Shown here piece by piece: positions 1-12,465 of a DNA stretch of 64,000 nucleotides. The number at the start of each line of letters is the position of its first letter. Position 1 is the stretch's first letter. Source of the stretch: Octopus sinensis (Eukaryota); contig NC_042999.1 in assembly GCF_006345805.1 (NCBI RefSeq), positions 87,482,001-87,546,000 on the forward strand. The letters are read 5' to 3'. Made by a program: the position numbers and the translations under genes. Below the pieces are notes generated by a model, which ran no database searches, was not told the origin of the DNA, and worked only from the letters and a program-made list of their open reading frames with translations.

Positions 1-489
1 GAAAAGGTAATAGTAGCAGTAGTAGTAGTGGTAGTGTTAGTGGTGGTGTTGGTGGCTAAGTTTATCGAAGAGGGTTTTTAACTATGAAACAGCATATAAG
101 ATGCCGTTAAAGTATCTCAGTCTAGCTCTTAAAAGTCTGTGCAGCGACCCGATCAGACTAGTTTCGAGCGGGAGCGGCGAAGACGAGATATTGAAACATA
201 TCTGATGTTCCTTCGGCACACAACTTGTACAGATTATTTACTCAGTTTAATATTTGCTTTCATAAAGGGTGTGTAATGCGTTTTAATTTAGAAGATAATC
301 TATACAGTAAATCTCTTTGGTTTTAGTTTAGAGCTATCATATTTTACAGTTCAGTTGTTCTTCATCAGTTTAATATCCGGTTATATTATATTAACATTAT
401 TGCAAAGGTTTACAACTGACACAGAAAAGTAGAAACTAGATTCTAATCAAGATTTCTCAAAAATCTATAATCACAATGCCTAAGTGTAT

Positions 490-564
<75 letters not shown>

Positions 565-1252
565 CACACACACACACGCACACACAACTGTATGTATGTA
601 TATACTATACCAACACCTATGCTCTCTACACATGTATATGTGTGTATGTGTGCATGTGTATAATATGCCAACACTCATGCATACATATGTAAACACACAC
701 ACACACACATACACACACACATATATATATATATATATACATACATATATACACACCTGTATGTACATACATATGTATATGTATGCGCACACATATCACA
801 TACAAAAACGTACACAAATACTAATAATGTGTATATTAAACTTTCGTTATCTACTCTTTATAGCTCGCCAACTATTTACATACACAATTACATACATATG
901 CACCCACGCACCGATGGAAATACACATGTATACAACATGCGCAAGTGCGCGCGCACACATATACACATTTTCAATGTAAAAGCGCTAAATAATTTATAAT
1001 TGTTAGTGTCGATGGTGCAGGGAACCAAATGTCTGTTTATCTTATCCAATCATGATTTGGTTTAGTTGTTTCTGCAACGGTTAATTTCCTTTTGTCTTTT
1101 ACGTTATACGCTTGAAAGGAATTGTTCTACGAGTTAGTTTTCTAACGAAGTTTGTAATTGTTTATAGGTTTGTTACCAAAGAAAATACCCCGACAGAAAG
1201 TTTAAAATTGAAGGTTGGGATATATTATTAAAATTTCTATCAAACATAGTGC

Positions 1253-1414
1253 ATAGGCGTGTGTGTGTGGTAAGAGGTTTGCCTCTCTGCCATGCGGTTT
1301 CGGAATCAGTCCCACAGTCCCACTTTGTGGCACCTTGGGCAAGTGTCTTCTACTGTAGCACCGAACAGAATCTTGTGAATGAATTTGGTAGACGAAAACT
1401 GAAAGAAGCACGCC
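1253..1414 (+). mobile_element. CORE-like tRNA-SINE (second family), 5' part
   Basis: tRNA-like head, then gtggcaccttgggcaagtgtcttctact (similar to the CORE gtgaccttgggcaagt) and gaatttggtagacgaaaactgaaagaagc. Confidence 0.75.
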
Positions 1415-1432
1415 ATGTATCCGCGCGGATGT

Positions 1433-1471
<39 letters not shown>

Positions 1472-2127
1472 CATGCGTGCGTGCGTGTGAATGTGTTTAT
1501 ATGAGTGTGTGTGCGTCTTTGTGTTTGTCCTTCACCGGTGTTGGTTTGTTTATGTAGCTGTGACATATTGGTTATGCATAAGAGACAAAAAGGTCGCTTA
1601 TTCTGTCAGAAATAACAATGAAAGCTCTCTCGAAGTTAAACCTAATCATCTTAAAACGACAGTAATATATTGGATAGTGTAATATTGATGATTCAAATGC
1701 CCAGAAAAAATACAGGATCGCTACGACAGGATCGCCACGACAGGAACGTCTTCGATCACAGGTCGGCTTAGTCAAAGTTAACCTAGGGCAAAACTACAGC
1801 ATCAATCAGCCAACAACACTCATGGGATGATATAAAAGCTATAGTGATAAGTACAGCATATACTTCTACATGAGCGGATATACTTTTACACTTGGTAGAT
1901 ACACCTGGATTGTTTATCATCGCTTTTCTAGGTAACTAAGTTATAAATTGTGGTGGTGGTGATGGTGATGGTAATAATGAGGTGGAGGTCGTGATACACG
2001 AAAGTTTCTGACGTCATTCGCACGCAAGTACGGCTTCGTATTGTGTACCATGTTTTCGCAAATTGTTTTAGGTGGTCCTCGGTCCGCTTACCCTTGACGT
2101 AACAGAGTTTCCAAGATTCAATAGTTG

Positions 2128-2211
<84 letters not shown>

Positions 2212-2553
2212 GTAAGAGAGGGGATAGAGGAGAGAGAGAGAGAGAGTGAGAAAGAGAGAGAGCGGGGATCTGCATCAGAAGTCAACTATTTCTCACTTTC
2301 AGCAGAGTAGACTGGAACAAGGGAAAATAAGTGCCTTGTTCAACAAGATACACTGCCCCGCTCAAAAGCCGAACCGACGATATTACGATCGTGATCACGA
2401 TTTTCCAGCAACTAGGCCATCCGACTTCCCATCATTCCTATAAATATTAAAAAAATCGTTCTGCAGGACGTGTTGTAACTCACTGGCAGACATGACTGAT
2501 CGAGAAGAAACTCTACTCTGCGATCATCATCAGCATCATCAACATTAACAATA

Positions 2554-2774
2554 CCCCTTGAACGTTACTGTCATAGGGCCAGTTAACCGGTTTCCATGGC
2601 GTAAAAAGAGACCCAGGTCACAATATTTCTCCTGGAGGATATGCCTGTACATCGAAGGGTTACTCATTTACAGCCGACTGGACAGGAGACCAACATAACG
2701 CATCACTTGGTCCATGAATCAAAACCCGTAATCTTGCAATTGTGGGCTGAGCAGCCTGACCACCAGGCGGCCAG
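2554..2774 (-). mobile_element. MetaSINE-like element
   Basis: The reverse complement has a tRNA-like head, ccagtcggctgtaaatgagtaacc (Meta-domain-like) and cgccatggaaaccgg. Confidence 0.55.
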
Positions 2775-4286
2775 TCTACAATGCTGCTTTATTCCGCATT
2801 GAAATAACATATTTGTTCTACAGCTGAAATATCATAAATACAAGACTATGCAACACATCTCCCTTTTACACTAGTCTGAACTCATCTATTACAGGCAACT
2901 GAAAACTTTGTCGAACATATATCTATGAATATAATAGCCATGAAAACAGATATAGGAGATTTAATATTTGGATATATTATTGATTTATAGAAGTCTGTTC
3001 GGCTGGTTATAAAGTCAACATTCAATAGATGCTGCAACATCCGAAAGAAGAATTATTGAGAAAAAACAAGCCAGACCAAACCCAATGCTTCCTAACTGAC
3101 TGATCCATAGTAAAATAGGTTGTTGTTGTTGTTATTGTTGTCATTACAAAAAAAAAACTGAACAAAACGAAAAACTTAGATAAATGAGATTTAGAAACAA
3201 TCTGATAGCTACAGTTAGGCACACACATACACATTTAATGCAATGTGCATTAGAAATTTACCTCTAACGAAAAATACAACGTATACATACATACATACAT
3301 ACGTACATACATACATACATGCAGACATATTTCAATATGTATATGTGTGCATGTGCGTGTATACATCTATATATGTATATATATATATTATTATTCTGAT
3401 GCATATTTGCCACATAAATGTGGCTAACCACTAAGGGTGGATGCTACTGTAGCTTGTAGCCCCAAGAGAACATCTTCTCCAGCTGTCTGTTGACACACTT
3501 TCTGTGCCCTATCAGTATTTGCAAAGGGGAGCCATCCTACGTTCAGAGATTTATTATATATTATTATTATTATTATTATTATATTACATATATATGAATA
3601 TATATATATATATATTTTCCTCTCTCTTTCTATCTCTATCTCTCGATATATCTATATGTACAGTTATTTTAGAAATGACAGCGCTCTAGCAGTTTAATTG
3701 GGTGTTAGAGTTTCGTTACATAACACTTGGTGAATTGGTTCTTCCTAATTCGTAATCAGAAAAAAAAAAAGAAATATATCAATTGTATGTTAGGCTCACT
3801 TCTTTCTGGAAAACAGATAGTAACATAGACAGGAAGTTATATGCTGTTCTTTCTTGAGAATGTGAGTTGTAAATTCATATCGGAGAGAACTTATCGACAC
3901 TTCCGACGCATGCGCACCCCAATATACAAATACTTATGTATAGGCAGATATGTGTATGAGTGGAAATATATATGTATATTGATCTATTGATTGATTGCTC
4001 TGAATCATTTGTTCATTCGTATGCAGAAATCCAGCTAGTTCGCTATCTGCAAATAAACTGCAAATTGCATGCAAGTACACAAAATAGAGAATACATTTAC
4101 AATGCACATGTCTCTTCGTATTAAACCGGCAGAATACACAATACACATTTACTTTGCGTACTATATAAACGTATCACACCCGTTTCCACACACATCAGCA
4201 TGTCTGTACACATGCGCACATCCACATACATGCGCACATCTTCACAAATACATGTATTCTCAGACAGACAGACACACATATACACA

Positions 4287-4339
<53 letters not shown>

Positions 4340-4474
4340 ATATCCCTCTGTAAACATCCAGAAGTAATCCAGCAATAAAATATATATGTATATATATATA
4401 TGCAAATATGCATATATGTATGTTTATATATCTATACTATAATGGAATATATTATATATATGTGTGCATATGTA

Positions 4475-4536
<62 letters not shown>

Positions 4537-5675
4537 GTATGTATATATAATAATATATGTATATATATATGTATACATATATCTATATGCGTATATATGT
4601 ATGTATGTATATATAATAAATATATGTATATATATATATATGTATACATATATATATATGCGCATATATGTATATGTGTGTATGTACACACACACATATA
4701 TATATATACATTCATATATAGGAAAACATACGTATACCTATGTGTTTACATAGCAAAACTTTGCAAAATATGCACACGCATCATGTTGCATTGTTCTTAA
4801 AATGATTTGATCATGTAGCTAAGAATGTTTGAACTTGTACCTCAACTGCAATTCATTTTGTTCTTGGAAGATCAAGTTATTTCTATAACGACTCGCTGTA
4901 TCTATGCCATTAACTAAAATAATCAAATATTTTGAACTTGTATTCTTGAATTCAAATCTAACGCCATGGTTACGTTACTTTTTCCTAATCTTCTAACTCT
5001 AATGAAAAAACAAAAAAACAAAACAAAAACAAGAGTAGCAATGACTACCAGCAGAAGTTGTAACAGCAACGGTGGCAGTAGAAGCAACTGCTGCACAATA
5101 AGCAGCAGTAGCAGTAACTTAACTATCAGCAGCTAAAAATAGCCAACGGTCCTTCAAATCTCTTTGCAGTGTCTTGCATAAAGGAAGACATTAATTAATG
5201 TGGTTCTATGTATCACTAAAACAAGGGAATTAGTTATAGTTGGAATGTCATAACTATCAAAGGTCTTAATTATAAAGGAACCTGCAACCAAAAAGTTTCG
5301 AGATCAGTTCAACTGAACTGCGAGATACCTTGGACAAGACTCTTCTGCTATAACTTTATGTTTCGGGCCAACCAATATATATATATAAGAATTTTTTGCG
5401 TAATAAGATAAAAAACCAAGGCTGTATAGATATTAGAGCATTTATAGATAGGTCTTAGACGGTGTGAGAGGAAAATTAAATCATAATTAGTTTTAGATGG
5501 GCTATCTATAGCACTTATTCAGTATTACCTGACACCTTTGGGTCTCAATGACACCATTATCACTTATAACCTATATATATGTATGTATGTACACACAAAC
5601 ACAGACACACACACACATACATGTATATACACATATATATATTTTATCTATATGTATGTATGTATCTATTTGTGC

Positions 5676-5726
<51 letters not shown>

Positions 5727-6239
5727 CACGTGTGTGTGTGTTGTGTGTGTGTATCTCTGTCTCTGAATTTGCCCTTCCCACTGCCACTGCTCGACAACTG
5801 GTGTTGATTTGTTTACGTTCCCGTAAGCTAGCGGTTCCGCAAAAGAGACTGTCAGAAACGACTTAAACACTTAAAAAAAATAAAGAAAAAAAAAAGAAAA
5901 AAAGAAAAAAAAAACCGAGGTACTAAAATCCACCAAGGAGGTATCAATGGCTGAAGCAAGTAAAAGATAAAAGACGAAAAAACAGCTGCGCCACCTGCAG
6001 TTTTAGTCATATAATTTATTGTTTTCCACAAAGAAGACGCTAGTTATCCTAACTCCAGATATTTAAATAAGCAACGGCATGGTCATATCTAGAAGATCTT
6101 TGAGAATGTATGTCACCAACCTTTCATTTATGTATTTTTGTTTCTCTTTTCGTCATTGTTTTCAAACCGAAACGCGATTAAATTGAGTGAGCGATAGTAA
6201 TTGTTAGAATACTTGCTTACATGCACACGCAGCGATTCT

Positions 6240-6447
6240 TATTTCTTCATAGCCCACAAGGAGCTACACACAGAGGGGACAAACAAGGACAGACAAATAG
6301 ATTAAGTCGATTATATCGACCCCAGTGCGTAACTGGTACTTATTTAATCGACTCCGAAAGGTTAAAAGGCAAAGTCGACCTCGGCGGAATTTGAACTCAG
6401 AACGTAACGGCAGACGTAATACCTATTTCTTTACTACTATTTTAATG
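6240..6447 (-). mobile_element. Truncated SINE of the same family, retaining the dimer junction
   Basis: gggacaaacaaggacagac...gtcgacctcggcggaatttgaactcagaacgtaacggcagacgtaatac|ctatttctttactact. Confidence 0.8.
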
Positions 6448-7540
6448 CCTTATTAATTAACACACCGGTTCGATTTCCACTCATTCACTTATTTATTTTG
6501 TGTGTGTATGTAAGTGTGTGTTTGTGTGTGTATGTGCGTGTATCTGTTTGTGTGGTATGGTGTGGTGGTGGTGTGTGTGGGTGTGTGTGTATGTTTGTGT
6601 GCGTGCGTGTGTTTATAAGTCGACACAGTTTCCGAGTACTGAATTTAATTTAGTTTCAAGTATTGGGCAACCTGACTTTATAAAAAAAGACAAAAATGGA
6701 AATAGTAAAAAAAAAAAAAACCAACCCCCCCCCCCCACAGACTTGCCTAAGTTGTCGTTCAGTAGGATCGAAACCGGGACTGCATAGTTGCAAAAATAAC
6801 TGCCTAGTCACAGAGGCATCCTTGCACTTATACTGAATTATTTATAGGGAAATCTATTTTTTTATTTACATAACCCACATTTATTAATATTGATAGAACA
6901 ACGTTTTTACTCTAAGTTATATAATTGGACAGATATGTGCAGTTTGAAGCAATATCGATAGACTGCAGCCGTTTCTCATTGTTCGTGTTATCATTCATTA
7001 TCACTCTATGTCTTTTCTGTTTGATCGGCCTGAATCATTTGCCGAAAAGATATTGAATCCATTCTGCACCAGTAGCCAGGCTGTCTATTTACTCATTGAT
7101 CGACAAAGAACTGGCTGGTTATTCACTAAAGTCTAGAAACGTCTCAAGTTTTACTAACTGTAGGGCAGCAGCATCTCGTCATAGTCAGTATCGCCAAATA
7201 TTAATAGCTCTTAGCAAATCATAATGTGGAACCTATATTACTACCAACACGACTGGCATCACTATCACTTTCACTTTCACATTCACTCTTACCGTTTCCA
7301 TCGACATCTTCTGTATTTCTCTTTTTATGCGTTGCCCGTTTTTACCACTAGTTTCTTGGAAACCGGCTTTTTACATGAGTTAAACGGGTCTAACTTAGCC
7401 CGTATTATCATCAGCCATGCTTAAATAGAAGCAGAATATAATGCCACCACCACCACCACCACCACCACCACCACCATCACCACTATCACCACCACTACGC
7501 CACCACTACCGCCGTCACCTCCACATCGTCACCTCCACAC

Positions 7541-7660
7541 CGCCGTCGCCACCTCCACACCGCCGTCGCCACCGCCGTCGCCACCGCCGTCGCCACCGCC
7601 GTCGCCACCGCCGTCGCCACCGCCGTCGCCACCGCCGTCGCCACCGCCGCCGCCGCCACC
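7541..7660. repeat. GC-rich 12-bp minisatellite (CGCCGTCGCCAC)n
   Basis: Seven perfect tandem units at 7561-7644 plus one at 7541-7552, inside (CCA)n. Confidence 0.95.
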
Positions 7661-8319
7661 ACCACCACCACCACCACAACCAACTCACACGCTATCAAAC
7701 TCAAAGAAGGGAAGCACTGCATTTGATAATGCAATTTTAAGTATTCTTTAAAAAAGAACAACAGCAGCAACAGCAACAACAATAACAACAAGAATAATAA
7801 TGAGACGGGGAGGTCACGGTTGCAGTGCTTTTGATCGTAGGTTCGTTCAATCAGATTTGACAGCAGTAGTGGGATAAACAACACCATTTATCATTATTAT
7901 CAGAAGCAGCGTTAACGACAGCTAAAATATTAATAAAACAAATATGGTAAACAGTAAATGGAATCCCTTCAAATTAAGGCGACAATTCTTAAACATTAAT
8001 ATCCCAGGTGATTCCAAGAACATGAAGCACTTTCCCTTGTTCTCCTTTTTTCTATATTTTGCTAAGTTTTTACCAAATTGCTCGACATCCAATATTCATC
8101 AAATAAGCAATATGTGGCATTCAAGTCCAGCAGCAGCTCTATAGGGGGTAGTTAAAACCCTAGAAACACTAAGAAATGAAAAGGTATACTGAATACACGG
8201 CACAAAAGAGGAGGAGATTGTATGAGGCTTGTCCACACAAAATTGATATTGCTTTGGTGGCACAACAACGACATTGCATGGTGGCACAACAACGACATTG
8301 CATGGTGGCTATTTATTAC

Positions 8320-9030
8320 ACTATTGTATGACTGAGCGCCCTCGCGTCGATCCGATTCGTTTTCGTTTCGTTTCATCTCCTCCAAGTAAGTTTTGTTATT
8401 TATAATTGTGACGCGAATCTCTACAACTCTTTGCTTGACCTTCTCTTCCTTCCCTATCTCCCTCTCTCTCTCACTCCTCCTCATCTCTCTCTCACAGCCG
8501 CTTGTCTTCCTCTATCTTTCTCTCCCTACTCCTCATCTCTTTCACAGCCGGGCGAGTTTGCTTCCTTTCGCCGCTGGCATTCAAACAGTGAACACTGTTC
8601 TTCTAGCGCTCTTACAATCTTTCCTCGTGTAGGCCAGCATTAAGGCCCTCATTGTCTGTTTTCTTGTTTGTTTTATTTCTTGTACTGTATTTTTCGTACT
8701 TGTAATTTTATTCTGTATTTTTATTTTTTGTATTTTTAATCCGTATTTTATTTTATTTGTATAATTTTTTTATCACATGTTTAACTTTCCTTGTTTTCAC
8801 CCCTCTGCGAAGTAATTTTTTTAAATTCCCTCGCAGGAAGGCCTACTTCCACGAGTCGTGTTCTGTCCAACCTTCGAAACACGCTAGAGTTGAACTAGGG
8901 ACAGCTGATGAAGGGGATTTTTCCTTGTGTAGTTTGTCTTGTACTCTGTTTTTTTCGTTTAGGTCCGTTTCCACGTTTGTTTTTACGCTTTCGTTTCTCG
9001 TTGAGTTCTACGTCTATTTGTGGTGTCCTG
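8320..9030 (+). mobile_element. Probable 3' region (pLTR-like) of a Penelope-like element
   Basis: CpG-containing non-microsatellite repeat-like block with pyrimidine-rich tracts. It contains hammerhead core motifs (GAAAC 8876-8880, CTGATGA 8905-8911), which are typical of PLE terminal repeats. The family assignment is inference. Confidence 0.4.
8857..8916 (+). ncRNA. Candidate hammerhead ribozyme with reversed (pseudoknotted) strand order
   Basis: CGTGT(8857-61)/ACACG(8879-83) = stem III; cleavage triplet GUU at 8860-62; CTGTCC(8863-68)/GGACAG(8899-8904) = stem I; CTTC(8872-75)/GGGG(8913-16) = stem II; cores GAAA 8876-79 and CTGATGA 8905-11. Confidence 0.5.
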
Positions 9031-9122
9031 TACTTACGTATATATATTTATATATGCATGTATATATACATGTAGATGTAGGTACGTACATATATGTATG
9101 TATGCATATATTTTATTTATTA

Positions 9123-9165
<43 letters not shown>

Positions 9166-9166
<1 letters not shown>

Positions 9167-9515
9167 TCTCTTTTACTTGTTTCAGTCATTTGACTGTGAC
9201 CATGCTGGAGCACCGCCTTTAGTCGAGCAAATCGACCCCAGGACTTATTCTTTGTAAGCCTAGTACTTATTCTATCGGTTCTTTTGCCGAACTGCTAAGT
9301 AACAGGGACAAACACAGAGACACAAACAATTACACACCCATACATATATATATATATATACATATATACGACAGGCTTCTTTCAGTTTCCGTCTACCAAA
9401 TCCACTCGCAAGGCTTTGGTCGGTCCGAGGTTTTAGTAGTAGACACTTGCCCAAGATGCCACGCAGTGGGACTGAACCCGGAGCCAGCTACTTACAACAC
9501 AGCCTCTCCTGCGCC
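9166..9515 (-). mobile_element. CORE-like SINE, near full length
   Basis: Reverse complement of head, CORE-like block, (TA) linker and the gttcggcaaaaga...ggcggtgctccagcatgg...aagtaaaagag tail. Confidence 0.85.
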
Positions 9516-9571
<56 letters not shown>

Positions 9572-9705
9572 GGTATGTGCATAGGTTATGTGTGTGTGGT
9601 TATCTGGATTTGCGCATATTCTGCACCCCTCCAATTTCATTTCTTTGCAGTTGTTTAAATTTGACTAGCCATTTTAGACATGGATTTCACTAAGCTAAAA
9701 ATATT

Positions 9706-10105
9706 CTTTTCTACTCTAGACACAAGGCCCGAAATTTTGGGGGAAGGGGCCAGTCGATCATATCGACCCCAGTACGCAACTGGTACTTAATTTATCGACC
9801 CCGAAAGGATGAAAGGAAAAGTCGACCTCGGCGGAATTTGAACTCAGAACGTAAAGAAGAGGAAATACCTATTTCTTTACTACCCACAATGGGCTAAACA
9901 CAGAGAGGACAAGCAAGGACAGACAAACGGATTAAGTCGATTATATCGACCCCAGTGCGTAACTGGTACTTATTTTATCGACCTCGAAAGGATGAAAAGA
10001 AAAGTCGACCTCGGCGGAATTTGAACTCAGAACGTAACGGCAGACGAAATACCGCTAAGCATTTCGCCCGGCGTGCTAACGATTCTGCCAGCTCACCGCC
10101 TTACA
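9706..10105 (-). mobile_element. Dimeric tRNA-derived SINE (GGCGGCGAGCTGGCAGAA-head family) with 14-bp TSD
   Basis: Full monomer with A/B-box-like head joined to a 5'-truncated monomer at gaaatac|ctatttc. TSD aagctaaaaatatt at 9692-9705 and 10106-10119. Resembles octopus OK/OR SINEs; family name unverified. Confidence 0.85.
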
Positions 10106-10817
10106 AAGCTAAAAATATTGAATGGCGAACAATTAACTATAAAACGCGCATACATACTATATTTTTTTTCTAATTTATGAGATAAGCAATGCGAGTTTAT
10201 AGGTAAATTTTAGTCTTTTGTGAAATAGCTATGAACAACGCTTAGTCTCTGACACAAATAATATACAAAAACATCGAAAAATTTAAAAGCTATTACAGTT
10301 TGAAATTACAATATTCAACCACCAAAAAGAATAAAGTTTCGTAGAATAAACTTGTTCTGGTGACGATACATTTAAACAAGATTATTTCCAGAAAACCAGA
10401 AAATTAGTTTAATTCGTGATTTTATATAAACTTATGAGGTCATTCACAGACACACGCACGTATACATTCAGCATACATACATACAAACATACATGGACAC
10501 ACACACATACACATATACACATACATATGTACAAAAACACATACAGGTTCTATGTAAAAATATATACGCACAAACACACATAAATCAATTCCATTTGGTA
10601 TGTAATAGTGGAGTTGGATTTATTAAGACCCTCCACGAGTATCGTCTATCAGGCACTATTATACAACGGAAATAGATCGCTTTACTGGTGATATATCTGA
10701 AAATCTGTAAATATCCGTAGAATTTATATAAATATCAAGGAGAATGGAGTGAGCAATTCGTTTTATTGCAATAAAATGAATTGCTTATTCCATTCTCCTT
10801 GTTAATCAATCAATCAT

Positions 10818-10930
<113 letters not shown>

Positions 10931-11644
10931 GTATCAACTATCTATCTATCTGTAGACATGTATATGTATATAGGTACATAAGTAAATACATGAGCACATA
11001 TAGAGATAATGAGTGACAGAGATAACTAGAGATAGAGAGATAGAGAGAGAGAAAGAGAGGGAGAGTGAAAGAGAGAGTCCTTTATAGGAAAGAAAGTAAG
11101 TTTGCGAACCAAAATCGAAGACTATATTTTTGCTCAGCGGTCTAGAAAATAACCTGATATTGTTTGGTAAATATTTAGACATGTATTAGGTGTGGGGTGG
11201 GTGGGCTTGTTAAAAAAAAACCCTCTCTCATACTTGGTGTTGTGATTGTAAAGACATTCATGGAGTAGTAAAACTGTCAATTTCTGAAATGTTCCCTTTC
11301 GTGGGAAGGGGCTAATTTATTGCTATATATGTCAACACACCCTCACTAGAATTATATGAACGTTGCAAAGAAATATATTTATAAACAAGCAACTCGTCTC
11401 CGTCGTGAATATCTTCCAGTTCCACCACTGCATTGGGTCTGAATGAAGAAAGCTTGTATAATAACGAGCCAATTAATCTCTTCTTTATTGTCTCTTTAGC
11501 AAGGCTAGCTGAAACCTGACCGAGATTCAAGTTCTCCGGCGAATAAGTCAGACATACCGTTCAAATGTGTTACAGTTAAGAGTTTGTCTATATATAGTAC
11601 TTCAAAAGAGATATTCCAATATAATACCTTTCATATATACATAT

Positions 11645-12352
<708 letters not shown>

Positions 12353-12465
12353 CAAGGCGATTCAAAAGTCACCATACATAGGGAACATTTATTGTTTTTT
12401 TAAAGAAACTGTTTCTTAATAAAAAACTAAATTGTTCTTATGTATGGCGACTTTTGAATAAGCTG
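12353..12465. mobile_element. Tiny mariner-type MITE, about 113 bp
   Basis: TIRs caaggcgattcaaaagtcaccatacata / tatgtatggcgacttttgaataagctg, AT-rich core, embedded in (TA)n. Confidence 0.65.

Noticed and set aside
4841-8140. Minus-strand candidate exons NGIDTASRYRNNLIFQEQNELQLR (4841-4913) and LLLDLNATYCLFDEYWMSSNL (about 8075-8140)
   Set aside because: Plausible splice sites, but incompatible phases and no recognisable homology; chance cannot be excluded.
8255-8309. Short local duplications (24 bp here; 21 bp at 16305-16346; about 14 bp at 1717-1745)
   Set aside because: Ordinary slippage duplications with no further structure.
9720-10060. Regularly recurring gtcgacctcggcggaatttgaactcag motif, superficially CRISPR-like
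   Set aside because: These are dispersed SINE copies with TSDs; there is no repeat-spacer periodicity and no cas genes, in a eukaryotic context.
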